Shown here one piece after another: positions 45,318-59,600 of a stretch of DNA of 64,000 nt. The notes under the pieces are model-generated. The model ran no database searches. It saw only the letters and a program-made list of their open reading frames with translations, and was not told the DNA's origin. Source of the stretch: Saccostrea cucullata (taxonomy: Eukaryota); assembly GCF_032062105.1 (NCBI RefSeq), contig NW_026939106.1, forward strand, positions 1 through 64,000, given 5' to 3'. Position numbers and translations under genes: made by a program. Numbering within the stretch: position 1 is the first letter of the stretch; every line of letters starts with the position of its first letter.

Positions 45318-47892
45318 TCACCTAAGAAAATCACTGACAAATTCAGAAAACATAAGTCCTGTGGCTGATATAGAATCCCCTAGTCCAACTGTTTTCAGTG
45401 GTTGTTTACAAACTAACACAGGACTAAGAGCGAAGTGAAATCCGTCTTTTTTCCAGGTCATAATAGGCTGACTCTCGTTAAATGTCCTTTCTTTGTCGCC
45501 ACTAAACAACTTGAACTGCTGCGGAAATTTCAAGGTCACGAGATCTGGGTCGGGAGATTCGACGTCGCACGCTTGGATCCCTGCGACCCTCGTCCCAGCT
45601 CCGACAGCTGATGGATTGTTCCGCCATGCTGACGAATGGATGCCTATGATGTGATAGGTCAGACAGTGGAAGTGAACTCTTGTCAACTTACGGGATGGGA
45701 AATCTTTAGAGTAGCCATGTGTCTTTAACACCCATGAAATAATATCACTGATTTTATGTATTTCTGGCTGGCCTTGAATGTTCTCAAAATAATCCCTATG
45801 GGGTCCTTTTGCAGCATGGGACAAAAATGTGATTTCTTGTTCATTTAATCCAAGGGAAGAAACTTTTGAAACAATCTGAAATTCAAAAATACATTTGTGA
45901 TTAATTGAATAAAGAAGTTGTTTTGTTCTTTGTTCATGATGTACACATGCAATTAGATGTTATTCCAGTAGGAATTCAAGAAAAAAATGTACCATAGTGT
46001 AGGAAATATGTTAAAAATTGAAGAATATGAGAAATTTGTGCTTTTACAACAACTGAAGTAAATTACCTGGTCAGCTATAGCTTTAACAAACTTCTGATTC
46101 GCCATACTTGCAAGTTCTAGATGCACTGGTGTTGTTTTCGGAATTTTCACCAGTTCATTTTGTATAAATAAAAGCTTCTGATTAAAAAACTCTGGTGACT
46201 GTCCCTCTAAAAGGTGAAGCCCTGAGAGAATAATCAAGTCTGGATTGACCTTATTTGAGTATTCAAAGAAGCTTTCTATCATTGTTGCCTTAGAATTAGA
46301 TTCATCAAAGCTGGTGATGAATCGAGTCGCCACTGGTGCTGTGTGATTTCCCCAGGACTCCTCCATGTGGTATTCCATAATCAGGTGAACTTCGTCCTTT
46401 GGTATGTGACTCATTTTCGGAATAGTTATGGATTTGGGGAGCAATTCCAACAACTTTGGACCTACAGGCCCAACCAAATGAAGCTACAAATACCAATTGA
46501 CATATCAGAGAAAAATATAATATACATTTATAAACTATGATTATAGAGACTCCCACAAGTAAAATTGACTATTAAAAGTGTTTTGGTGAAATTGACAAGT
46601 TACTTTAAAAAATACCTCTGCATTTGGAAATTCTTGGGCAATTTTGTTTCCAATCAAAGCTGCATTACCTCCAATGAAAAACTGTGATGTAAATAAGATC
46701 AATTAAAACAGCAAGAATTAAAAGGAAATCAAACAAGTGCGAAATGGATTTCAATACTGTGTGTACAATGTGCAAAACCCAAACTAATATTAAGTTTACC
46801 TGAGGGTTGGACAGTTTTTCTGCCTCTGAAACAATTTTTCTGAACAAATCAGCATCCATAAATGCCCTCTCGGCAGCTGACCCTTTTTTGAAGAAGTGTG
46901 AGAAAGTTTCTTGGAGATGATCCAGAGTAAAAAGCTGGTCATGGTTGAAATCTTCCCCAGGAGATATATCAAGCTGTTGAAGCAGTTCAACACCAGGAAC
47001 AATCAGATCTACATTGGAGTTTATTCTGAAAGAAGCATAATGAATCATATTCATAAACATATAACAACAACAAAAATTAACTGCACATTTACTTGATTAT
47101 ACAAAAACATCCTATATAATAAAATTAAAGCAGAATTCTTGATCATGTCTGGAGTAAGAGAATAAAACACTGAAAATTAGAATTCAATAGCAAGCCAGAA
47201 AAATATTTTCATAAAAGGTCTGATGACTGATAACAACAAGTTTCAAAACCCCCTTCTAAAATGGCTAAAATAAGCACTTTGATTTTCATATTTGATGAAT
47301 ATTTCTGACCCAGAGTATAAACCTGTTGGTATATGTGGACAGTCTGTATACATGTACCAATAAATCTGAAGAACTTCCCTGTTTAGAAGTTTCAAAATGC
47401 TTAAGCTGACTTTTTTTAAATCCCAAATTTTGATTATTTTTCTTTCACATTCCAACAAGTTAGCAGATTAAGTGCACAAGTTCAACCTGCTGCTGAAACA
47501 ATGATCCATCTGCATATAATTTAAAGAACCCATGGAATTACCCTTGACTAGTTTCATTTTGCATGGTCTGGGTGCAGTTTTCATTGAATTTCATTTAGCT
47601 CTTCTCAGGCACAGACTTAACAATGACATTCAGTAAAAGAGGAGGGTGCTATATATTGTTGTCGTCAGTTTTCCCGAACTTAACATACGAGTGTAAAATG
47701 TAAACATGAAAAACACGTGTCATCTTACCCAACAAGTAATTTCCTGAATTGATTTTTAGGCAATGAAATACTTTCTGACCAAGATGATATAATTTCCTGT
47801 TCAATTTCAGTGTTGTCTGAAATTTGATTTTTGTAGACAATGTATCCAATGAATACAGAAAGCACAAGAACAACCACGGATTTAGCAATCAT
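45318..47892 (-). CDS. ADPGK: ADP-dependent glucokinase, 476 aa
   Basis: Exons 47892-47729, 47025-46800, 46681-46616, 46483-46067 and 45875-45318. Hydrophobic N-terminal anchor, plus GINSNVD, GSAAER, FIGGNAAL, DEVHLIMEY, HLELAS, SLGLNEQE and TVGLGDSISA motifs. Confidence 0.95.
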
Positions 47893-49307
47893 GTTGTTTT
47901 CGTGGTGCCGTGGAACTCAAGCAGGAAAACTCGGTGCAAGAAAATAATTCACCGTTTTATCAGTAATATCAAGTTACTCGTTCGAAAAAATTATTTCAAG
48001 GAATATATATTGAAATTTAATTGATTTATTTCACTTCATACTTTCTTTTCAAATAAAAACTAGCCTTTGAATTTATTTTATTGGTAAAAATTATATCATT
48101 GCGCGATACAATCAGTAAGTTGTACCGAGTTTAGTCGAGAACAAACAGCACGAGTGCTCCTTATAAATAATTTAAATAACCAATAACATTAACCATGATT
48201 AGAAATTAAAAAGACTGTGACACCTGCATTGATTTTATAGTAGAAGGATAGGGCCTATATAGCATTTTTTAACATAGGCGCTTGGTTTCAGGAGTGGTGT
48301 ATTTTGTGTATTTAAGTGTTTTTTCTACATGTAGGTGTGTCTGAATACCCTCATCAAAATAAAAAATCGCCGAAATTAGCACGTTTTAGAAATGTCATAT
48401 TACTGTATATAAAAATATACCATCCTGAAACCAAGCTATGGTCAAACTATGGTCATAGATTCAGTAATAGGAAAGACCATTATAAACGGTTTAAATTGAA
48501 CCATGGCATTGAGAACCCGTTATGCATTTAAGTCTAATAGCTTACATGTATGAGACCCAAATGCTGCTAGGTTTACACTTTACAGACTGCTTATGTGTAA
48601 ACAAACTTGGAATCTCAACCAACCCCCCCAACCCGCACTCACAAGAAATGAAGTTTAGGCGTTTTTATGCTTATCATTCTTTTTCAGTGAAGAAAAAAAC
48701 TTAAAGCAATCCTTTACTTACTTTTAAATCATCAGTCTGAGTTGAAAAAAGCCCCCTCCCCTTTCCAGAAACAAATAGTTGTCCGCTAGTTAGGTACATT
48801 TTTTTTTCACATGAAACCAACTTGCAAAGTTACTTAATTTTCAAATTGTTAAACGAATATAATTTTAAACTACATACATGTATGTGCAACTTTTTTTTTT
48901 ATTTTGTAAAAAACAAATTAAACATCATGTAACAAAAAAGCAATTTTTTTTTTACATCACAACATATTCGATCAGTCTGTAATGCATCACATACAAGCAC
49001 AAAAAAAAATAATTATGTTCCTCATAGGACAAATCAATGTTCGTCTGTCTGTTGTAAGTTTAAAGATTGAAAGCTGTTACTCCGCAATGAAAGAATTTTA
49101 TCATCATTCTATAACGGTACACAAAATTCCATTCGGTACTTTAGACTTGAAGAGGAACATGTAGACATACATTGTTACGTGCTAAATACGTTCAATTCCG
49201 AGATTGTGCACGTGTTTTCAAAAGCTACCCAAAACAATACGCAGAAACAGATCCAGACTGAGAGAAAACACACAACTCTGGCCCTGGGGAAAATCAGTCG
49301 GCAAAAT

Positions 49308-52300
49308 TTATATTGTATTTAAAAACCAACTAGGATTTCCATCTTCGTCTAGATCTGGTATCATATATCGCTTGCCTTTAAAAGCAAACATGGATGCACT
49401 AAATTTGTTTTGTGTCGATGTTGGCTGTCCGAAGTCTTCAGTTATAGTCTCTGAACTTACTGCCGGTGCCAGCAGAGGTCTAGTCTCAGATGGTTCGGAC
49501 CACGACTGTCTCTCCCCAGATGCAAAAATTCCATAAAAGACAACCCCCGCTAAATGAATGGAAGCGGCAATGGTGAATAGTAATTGCCAAGATTCGATAT
49601 TCTGTTGAAGAAAAATGGTAAACGTACATTTACAATGTTAATGATTGCATTGAATTTTCTTTCAATTCGAACACTACCTCTAGCAGACTGTATATATTGA
49701 TACATGTATATAAGTTTCCCATACAAAGTCTTTCTTGAATTTTAAAAATAACATTACCGGTTCTGCTAACTTCCCTGCCACAGCCGTACTGAGAATGGCG
49801 CCCAGGGTTCCAAGTCGAGAGAGGCCCGTTAAAATGCTGACGTACTGCGGGGCGAGATCCAGAGGGTTTACTTGATAACCAGAAATGGCTAATCCACTGA
49901 AACCCACCCCTACACACAACAGTACGAGGGCTACCTCATCACTGTTTACAAATCGTAGCCCTAACAGACAGAAAGCCTCTATTCCAAACCCTAGAATAGA
50001 CGGACGGAAAAAATAGTAAAAAGTCATGTGATGATATGTATTTTCCATAAGTGTACGAAGCGGAATAATTATAGTAGCAGAGACCTTCTAAAAGGGTTAG
50101 TGTCTCTGAATTACATATATATACTTGCAATCATGTTTATCATGAGATATATAGAGATACTGAGCAATATTCAAAAGTCCATTCAAACAATACAAACCAG
50201 GAGCACACCAAACACGGACCTCTAAAACATCAGACTTTGGATCCGATGCCATGAAGGAGTGAGCATCCCCTGCCGACCACTCACTTCAACCGTGTGCTCA
50301 GACTATTCTTAAAGAACTTTCCCCCTGTTTTAACATTAAAAGGTTTTATTAGACTAACCCATGCACTGTGCTAGTTTTCTTCCATGAGTTGTGGACACTA
50401 GATGGTGTTTTATCAGTTTATCGATTAGAACACCTCCCGAAATCGTCACTATTGTCATCAAGACTTCCGGTAACGCTGCTGTGAATCCAATCTATGAAAA
50501 AAATAAGAAATTGAGGTTTTTCTCTTATGCGTATTTTATGCGTACAAAAAGCTCTAAAATACGTTCGGTATATAGATTTTCATCTACATGGATACCCCGA
50601 GAAGCTTTATATTATTAATTTGTTGGTGATACAGCTGATACATGTGTTACAGTCAACTAGGCGATGACACACTCTCTGTTCACCAGCATTCTTTCAACAA
50701 ATTCGTACTTGGGCCTCTGCCTCGAAAAGAATGTCTTAGTTTCATATTTATGTCCCAGATAAAATTTCATACTTCTGAATCTTATTACGGAGGTAAATTA
50801 TTAAATACAAAATGTGATTTTAAAATCTGGAACACAGGTGTAACGTAGATCTATAAATGTTTTTTTAAAAATGTAATTTCTGCAAAAAATGAAAGGGATA
50901 AATCTCCAGACGAAGACTTTTTATAAAAAGACGTGTAGACAAAATGACGAGAAGGATAGTTCATTTAAACCTTAGCTTAGTTTTCAAAAAGGCAGGGGAC
51001 AGGGTGAGTGTTAAGGAGGAGGTTTCAAGTAAAGTGTGACAGATGAACGAAAGTGATTTATAAATTTCTTGAAGGTAATTACGAACTCACTGTAGCAATA
51101 TCCTTCTTGAAGGCATCCTTGAAGTATTGTGGAACCTGTGTTATCATCATAGAAAAAATCCAGTTTCGACAAAAACTTCCAAGAATGATGGCCCATACTG
51201 GTAAAGATCGTAAAATTTTGGTCCAAGGAATCTCCCTTGCCTAAAATAGCACGGATAATTTTTTAGTGTATTAAGTTTCGTATAAGGTACACACCCTACT
51301 TGTGGTAAAAATAAGTAGGGGGTGTACCGTATACGAAACAAGTACCTGTGATTAGGAATCATCAATTACATAATTATATGAACAAACTTTGATAAAAATT
51401 TATGACTTGTTTTTGGAATTAAATCAAATTTACCACACTCTGGGATCCTCTGGCAATATTAGCTCCTTCTCTTGCAAACAATTCCGCTTCTGAATGGTGC
51501 AAACTTGGGTGGAGACCAGGAGTATCGTAAATTGCACACACCCATACAACGGACCAAATGAAACCTATTCCACCTACAAACATTTGAACAAAAGAAATAC
51601 TTGAACAACCATACGATGACCCTCTTTACGTTTTTAATTTTTTTATGCTTTTATTTTATTTTGACAATTTGAGCAACTTATGCATGTTTAAAAGTTTTCA
51701 CGTTTTTGTATGAAATTTTAATCTAATTTTATACTTGAAAGCAACACTGTGAATTTTTTTTATACAACAATTGTTTCTAAATGAAATATACATATATATA
51801 TTGCTCCAACTTAAAAGTACGAGATAATTAAAACTCAGAGTACTCCAAAACATGTACGAGTTGTGCATTATTAGTTATCCAGGTTCAATCAAGGGTGTAC
51901 GGGGATTTACCCCGAGTTGTATTCCATACTCCCTTCGGCCGATTTACCCTGGGTTTTATTCCATACACCCTGAGGCCGAAGTTTTACCCGGGGTAAATCC
52001 CCGTACACCCTTGATTGGACCTGGATAACGAATTTATTTCCTATGTACCCAAATAATTCTTAATAAAACTGCGTATCAAGCTATCGATATAAGATTTACT
52101 ACATCCTTCAATGCATATAGTGACGTCCTGTTATTTGCTTTCTATCATAGAAAAACAATGCATTGTGACGTCATGTTTTTTACCCCCCAGCTGAAGTCGG
52201 GTGTACGGAATTTTACACCCGACTTTGTAACCAACCAAAGCTCGTATTAGAAGCTAGACAGGAAATAATATATTCAATATTAAGGTGGACCCTCTCAAAG

Positions 52301-55300
52301 AGCGATAATTCTAACCATTTAAATTGCTACAATTCCTTTACCTATTTTGTCAATTTAAAAGTTAATATCAATTTTTTTTCTCCGCATGGTTTTCTGAAAC
52401 TTTAAACATTTAAAGATTTTGCATGTAAATAAAACTTCTGTCAGAAATTCATTATCTTTAAAGCATTTTTGTATGAGTGACAAAGAAAGACAAACCTTAA
52501 AAGAAAATTAACGTATACTTCTGGACCCATTTCCTGGTACAGGTGTTTTACTTTAATATGTTTGTACTTCAATTGTTATACGAACCGTAGAGGAATAAGC
52601 TTGCGTTCCAGGACACCCAACACGAGGTTACACCAGTTATCACCATAGCTAGGGCCGGGCTCAGGTACGCCCCTAATGATAAAGATATAAAGGTGATTTT
52701 AAGGATCGTTGGTTCTCTTATAAGAAAGATAACTCTCTATGTAATAACGAATAACTAGAGCATAATTGACAAATTAAAAGGCTACTTTCATTTAATTGTT
52801 TGCATGTGATTTATAAATTGGATCTTTTCGAAAATCATTGACGCAATCTAATAAAAAAAAAAGTTAGATTCGTTCGTTAAGCTACCGTTAGTTTGTCATT
52901 AACGTTAAATTAAAAAAAACTATATGAGCGAAGGGGGCTTTTAATTTTAACACTTATTGCTGAAAACTAATTTTTGGATAGTACATTCACTGAAAGAAAA
53001 ACCTAGTGAATTAAACTAGTGTGTTTCGTAAAGCGTTGGTCGTGATTAGTAAACTTTCAGTTTACTGGTAAAGATAGTGAGTTATGGAGCGGGGGTTACT
53101 TAGATACCTAGTGAAAGTTACTCATCAATTCTAAATTTACTAATCTTATCTAGTAAATATACCAATATCTGGTAAAACTACTATTAAGGTAGTGATTGTA
53201 TGGACAGTGAATCTTCTAGTTTTCTTCGTGACATTAACTACTTATTTTTTTACAGTGTTGATATTCGTATACTATAAGCTACTGGATAGTTTTCTTTTTT
53301 AGATCCTGTTTGAGGAAAAAATGTTGATATATAATCAGTGTTGTTTTTTTTTTTTAAATTAAACGTAACAATTTTACTCTACTTGAATTTTGGAATGTGA
53401 CACTTTGATTTAACTTCCGGTTTACTACTCAGTTTTATACTGGTGTTATATCTAATTGAATTATTTCAGGTATTTAATAATGAAAAGCTTGAGGAATGCA
53501 TATTTTTTCGTGTGTTCTGTACCGTCAGCACAATATGTACAGTAATTAAATACATCTATCTATTTGAGTGAAGAATTACAACTGTACATATTATAATGTA
53601 TTATTGAATCTTTGGTCTTTTGCCGGTCACATACTGTTTATCCTGACACATCTATCTTTCATAGGCGTCGGAACACACCTTACCTTTTTAATACTTTTTT
53701 TGCTACTTTTACTTTCAATTGCATATATCCATTGTACTTTTATATTACATAAATATTACTGTATAAATGAATGATCTTCATGGGGGGGGGGATAAGATGA
53801 ACATGTTTACTTTGTGCATGAATACTTACCTGCATACACAACTGTGACCATTCGGCTTTTCTCGGACTTGGGCGCCCAGGCAGATATCACACCATTCATA
53901 GCGGGTACCGACCAGCCCTTCCAAAATAAGACGAGATCCTTATATTAGGGGCACATACATCTTTTTGCAATGTCTGTATAATATCCCTACATCCACAGAA
54001 ATGTATCACAGTACAAAAACTGAAATGTGTTTCGTGCCATGGGTGATTTTATTTTACAAGATAAAATGAATTGATACAACATGACAGAAACTTATACGGT
54101 ACCTCTACTAGTCCTTGTAGAAAGCGTATGACAAACACGGGGATGGGGGTGGTGAGATATTTGATCGGGAACGGTAATACAATCATTAGAATACTGCTTA
54201 TCATAATGGACAGACCACATACTCTACAAAAAAAAAAAATTGAATAGTAACTTAGATCTGCCGTTAGACCAACAACAAAGAGACACTTTTGTGTTGGGTC
54301 ATCAATTTTCGCATCCACTCAATGTTCGGGTTCTTGAATCTATACACTTTAACGTCGTCCCATTGCAACGTGTTGACCCAGGACCCCTGAAGTTGTGAAG
54401 ATTCAATTTTCATTAACAAAGCTAAAACACTAATGTCATTATATCATTGCAATTAGTCTGTCATTGCACTATACAATAAACATTTAATAAGTATTTCTTG
54501 GATGTTTTTGACGATGTTTTTGAACTTAAAAAAACTACATTGTAGGATCTTGTAGAAAAGGCAGGCTTACGCTTTAGCTTACAAGCACTGCTTATCGAAC
54601 ACTCGTATTTTTACCTTCTGGGTGAAAATCGAGTTGCCAAATATCCCCCGGGTAACTGCATTATAAAGGAACCGAAGAAATAAGAAGTCTGAAAGTATTG
54701 CGCCTCTCTACTAGTCCATCCCGTTGCCATAAAATCCCGAGAGGTTCCGTTCACAGTGCACTAAAATAGGAATTTTCAAAATACGTATGCGATTTTGAGA
54801 TGCAGGGGGCCGTTTTTCAAAAGAACTTACGAATAAGACCAAAAACTCAAGTTGATTGTAAAATGTTGCAAAATTAATGATTGTTATTAAAACCACTGTC
54901 ATGAAAATATCTTTGCTACATTCGTTTTATAAAGTTTATTACTTTTTCAATTTCATGCAAATAACAAGTTTATAAGCAAGATAAATTTTGGTCTTAGTCG
55001 TAAGTTCTTTTGTAAAACGGGCCCCTGAATCTTAAAAAATAAAATTAATACAAATTGCGTAAATTTCGCATAAAATTGACTTATCTACATGTATGTCATT
55101 TTGATTATGTATTAAATAAGAAGTGTCTTTATTGATTGTCTACTTGGGATTTCTTCCGCAAAATGTTACCTTTGTTATCTTATATCATATGCATAATTTT
55201 GTCTCTTTTTATGAAATACTATACTTAAACTTCTATACGTAAGAAATATCATTTAAAGATCGAATTATTCAATTGACTTTCCTTATATTTTATGAAACTT

Positions 55301-55531
55301 TATGCAGATGTCATAATATAAAATGAAAATTCTAGTATTCATTTCAATTTTTTTTAACATCTCATAGAGGCACTTTTCGATGTTTCTCACCTTTCCGAAG
55401 AGTCCCTCGTTACTTTGACTTGTTTTGATGATATGGACCATTACCATAGAAAATACAGAGCGATATCCAATGGATATCAGAAGTCCCATAAATCCAAGAA
55501 ATACAATAAAAATTCGTCTTTGGAAAGCCAT
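49308..55531 (-). CDS. SLC17-family (VGLUT/sialin-like) MFS anion transporter, 510 aa
   Basis: Ten phase-consistent exons: 55531-55391, 54760-54615, 54223-54103, 53917-53830, 52672-52586, 51573-51434, 51240-51091, 50491-50359, 49990-49758 and 49601-49308. Motifs [61 protein letters not shown] and FASGERQSW. Confidence 0.92.
51874..52029. repeat. Palindromic MITE-like element in an SLC17 intron
   Basis: ~40-bp arms GTTATCCAGGTTCAATCAAGGGTGTACGGGGATTTACCCC / GGGGTAAATCCCCGTACACCCTTGATTGGACCTGGATAAC. Related small hairpin at about 52195-52224. Confidence 0.85.
52988..53257. mobile_element. CACTG-ended MITE (CMC/EnSpm-like)
   Basis: CACTGAAAGAAAA ... TTTTTTTACAGTG ends with internal repeated (T)AGTAAA motifs. 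Confidence 0.5.
54803..55027. mobile_element. MITE
   Basis: TIRs CAGGGGGCCGTTTTTCAAAAGAACTTACGA / TCGTAAGTTCTTTTGTAAAACGGGCCCCTG. Confidence 0.8.
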
Positions 55532-56589
55532 CCCGACTGTCGATCGCTAACCTTCTTACACTATTAACTTCACATTGTGGTACACTTTCGCCTTTTTTAA
55601 TATATCTTCCTCATTCATATATCGAAATTAGACTCGTTAAGATATGGGAAACCCGCGTACTTGTATATGTTAATTTACGGAAAACTTTTAAGTAGGCTGT
55701 TCCCCTATCCATTTTTCAAAATGACAATGAGTTTTGAAATATGTACTTTTTTATATATAAAGTAATTAAACGACCACTTAAAACGATACTAGAAGCTTAG
55801 AAGCCTGCTTTTTCACTCATAATTGTCTGTGTGTTTGTCTGTTTGTATACACGTGATATCTTAAAACTTCAATGAAATTTTAGGGTGAAAATGTATGCCT
55901 TTGGATATGGGATGGAAATCATTACTCTTGAAGTGGGTCCTTTTAATGGATTACAATGTCCCACTACAACCTTCAGTGACGAAGAAGTAAATTACATGTA
56001 CTTAGTATACTTAGATTTACAAAGGTATAGGCGCAGTGACGTAGCATTTTTTTTGAAAGGGGGGCAGGCATGGAAAAAATTTTCAACTATCCAAAAAAAT
56101 GTTGAAAATCCTATTTCGTGTGTGTGTGTTGGGGGGGGGGGGCTTTTCTTTCCATACCAATTTTTTTTACCACACAGTTTACTAAATTCCACTGTACTGT
56201 ATCAAAACTTGGGGGCGGGGGGCAACCTGACTCTCATATACCCAGTTTCTAAATATAAAGTAGTTATTATCCAATAAAATGGTAGTCACAGTGGTGTCTC
56301 ATTGAGTGATGAACAAGCTAACAATACAGGATTTCACAATCACCTGATACTTGTAGGTGTATGTACTTTTTGTTTGTCCCTAATTAAGCTGATAATCAAG
56401 ACCAAACATTTCCATAAGTTTCATAGTTTTCAGTAAATAAATTTCTTTATTATTAGGTCATGACGAATAAACATCTATTAATACTTCAAGTATTATTCAT
56501 ATAAAATCCCATCATTTTTTAATGAAAGGTGCTTAGAGTTATCTTTAGAACTTTAATTAATTGTTTCTTTAAGAGGATCTAGAAATTTG

Positions 56590-58057
56590 ACGAGGCCTAT
56601 GGGTTATAACGCTCATCTGGACCTGTTGTTCTTCGTGTCAAAATTTTGTCATGTTTTGATTCCATATTGTTGCCCCAACCTACCCGAAGGGGACTTGCTT
56701 TGATTGATTGATTGATTGTATATATTGTTTAACGCCGGATCAGAAATATTTCAGTCATATTTTGGCAGAGGAACATGAGTTAATCAATGTAAGGTAGATC
56801 GCGGGTTTGCTGACGTCACAATAGGATTTGACGTAAAAAGCTTAGGTCTGCATTCAGATTAGCAAGCAAAATATATCTTCAGCAGTGCTGTATATATGCA
56901 GTAAAAAGTGAAATGTATATTAAAGGTTGTTTGGTGTATTAAAATAATTTTTGTATGTAATTGAGAATGAATGATGTTTTGATCAAGGTTGACTTTTACA
57001 TTATAAGTAGTTTTTAACGCTGATATCTGTTGTGTTTACGTACCTTTCTTAAATAGTATTGCCTAATTGTTGATACAATACAAAAACAGATCTACTGCCG
57101 GTGTGTCTGGCGCCTGTCCTGCAGTTTAATTTTATTGTTCAATTAATCTTATAGTTGTTTCCCCACTTTACTCCGAGGCACTTAAATTTGAAAATTTAGA
57201 ATTTTAACTACTCAAGAAAGCTGTCAAACAAGTTTCACCATTTCTGGCCCAGTGGTTCTTGAGGAAGAAATTCCCAAAGATTTTCCCTATGTATCATTGC
57301 CGGTATTTCAGTATAAAACTTTGTTTCCCCTGTTTTAGCCTCCACCCTACCGCGAGGAGCCATGATTTGAATAATTTAGAATATACACTATGTACTAACC
57401 TCAGGTTGCTGTCACACAAATTTCGCTATTTCTGGCACAGGGGGTCCGAGTAGAAGACTTTTGAAAGATTTTTTCCAGCATACATGTATATTTCAATGTA
57501 AAACTTTGATTCCTTATTGTGAGCAGACCCTTCACCCGGGGACATAATTTGAATAATTTAAAATCTTAACTATCTTTGGAAGCTTCCACGTAAGTTTAAT
57601 TATTTCTGGCCAAGTGAATCTTAAGACGAAGATTTTAAAGGATTTTTCCGCTTTATTCCAGTATATTGGAAGTATTTCAAATTATCAATATAAGAATTTG
57701 ATTCCCTATTGTTGTCCCACCATATCCCAAGGCCAATAGATGATCAGAGCTATTTAGATTCAACAATACCTTAAGTATCTTCCACTTAATCTTCAATTTT
57801 CCTGGTTCAGTTGTATTCGAGAAAAAAAATGTGTTAATGACCCAACCCCATTCTTTCCTTTGTCTTTATTATTTCCCTTGTAGGGTGAATTTTTCCTTCA
57901 TTTTAATAAATTTCAAATCCCCCTCAAATGCTCTGCACAAACTTTCGTTTAAATTGAACCAATGGTTCTTGGGGATTTGAAAATTACAGATGGACGGACG
58001 ATGGATAATGGATGATCAGAGAAGCTCACTTGAGCTTCCAGTTCAGGTGAGCTAAAA
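56590..58057 (+). mobile_element. HINE-like element with nested insertions
   Basis: gaggcctatggg..gctcatctg head, ~165-bp monomers at about 57150-57850, GACG tract, and agctcacttgagcttccagttcaggtgagctaaaaa end. Confidence 0.7.
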
Positions 58058-58439
58058 ATTGGTTCGTATACCACCTCAAAACAAATGAAGATCTGCATTC
58101 AATTTGTTTTTGTTTGCAACTGTAAAAAAAAGTATACCATCATGTACATCTACAAACAAAACAATGCAACATATGTAAAATAATATGATGATTTTTCCGC
58201 TTGTCTGGTCATGACAAATGCACCCCTCAGGATCCTTAATCATCCAAGCCACCTGATCTAACCCCTTGTTTTCAGATATTCGAATTTTCTCTGCTCACAG
58301 TTTAGATTGATTTTATTGAAGCTTTGAGTATAATAACAATTCTGAATCTTATAATTTCATGCATCTTCCTTCAACTGCGACTTTCAATATGTCAGTGTTT
58401 TTATATGCCACCGTTATTGAAGACTTGGGTTTTTTAAAA

Positions 58440-58940
58440 TTAAAAAAATTTTTTTTTATAGTTTTTAAAAGTATTTTGCACTGTCCGTCTTTGTCCGCAA
58501 AAACTTCATCCATATCTATAACTTGATGGGAGCTGAGGCTTTGATATTTCACATTTCCTGTGACAAGACCTTTCTATGGGTACCAGCGCATCTGATTTTT
58601 TGAAATTGGAAATTGAACCACTTTAGCAAAAAATTTGCAATAATTTAACCTTGGCTATAAAAGTTGATGTTAGGGATTTCATTCTTCATATTTGATCTTG
58701 ACCTTAGAGTTTGACTTACTTAATATAAAAAGAAAACCCTACAACTACTCAAAAGTTACAGTGTATGACCAAGGTTAAGTTCCTTTGGATATCGATTTTG
58801 ACCTTGGAGTTTGACCTTTTGACCTTTTGAAAAAAAAATTAACCTTGGCCATGACTTTTGAACAGTTAATGCTAGAACGTTCACATTTGATGTGTATTTT
58901 TTGTGACAAGGTTTATCCTTGTGTACAACATTGGAACCCC
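58440..58940 (-). mobile_element. Degenerate pearl/HINE-like element with TTGACC-rich monomers (reverse)
   Basis: Reverse-complement similarity to the 29449-30742 monomers (gaccttggagtttgaccttt, aaccttggccatgacttttg). Confidence 0.55.
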
Positions 58941-59600
58941 TGGTCAAAACTTTTAAATAACTGGTGCTTTCATATTTCTTGGGTCTAGATCCTTTTCCTC
59001 TAACATATTTTGCATAGGAGTTATTCCCCTTAGCCACAATCTTGTAGGGCAAAGTAGTGAATTTACCTCTTTGAGCAACCAATTTTAAACATGCATGCAA
59101 GAAATATATAGGGAAAAAAATTCTACAATCTCAAAATTATGAATTAATAGAGGCTTTAACAAACGTATAGTCATAAGAAAAATAGTGTTATCTTTACTTC
59201 AGTAACCAGTATAACAAATTGAACTTGGTTAAATAATGAAGGGGATCTGGGAATGTTGCCCAACAATATAGCGGCTACGGGGAATAACTCCTAGGCAAAG
59301 TATGTCACAGAAAAAGGGTCTATATTTATTGAGACAAGTCCTCTCTTTGGGTAACATTTTTAATCTTGACCTTGAAAAACTTTAATCCTCATCATACGCT
59401 GCCATATGGAGGCATTCAGTATTTCTAAAACACATCTTTTTGTATTGATGCACAAAATGTAACCACTGACAATGATCAGTTCTAAGATGTGTTATTGCTG
59501 GAAAGAACAATTAACCCCCCTTTTACTTGTTTCATATTTAATTGATTGTGAATAATTGAAGTTTACATGAATTAGCCTACTCTGTTCAATTTTCTACATA

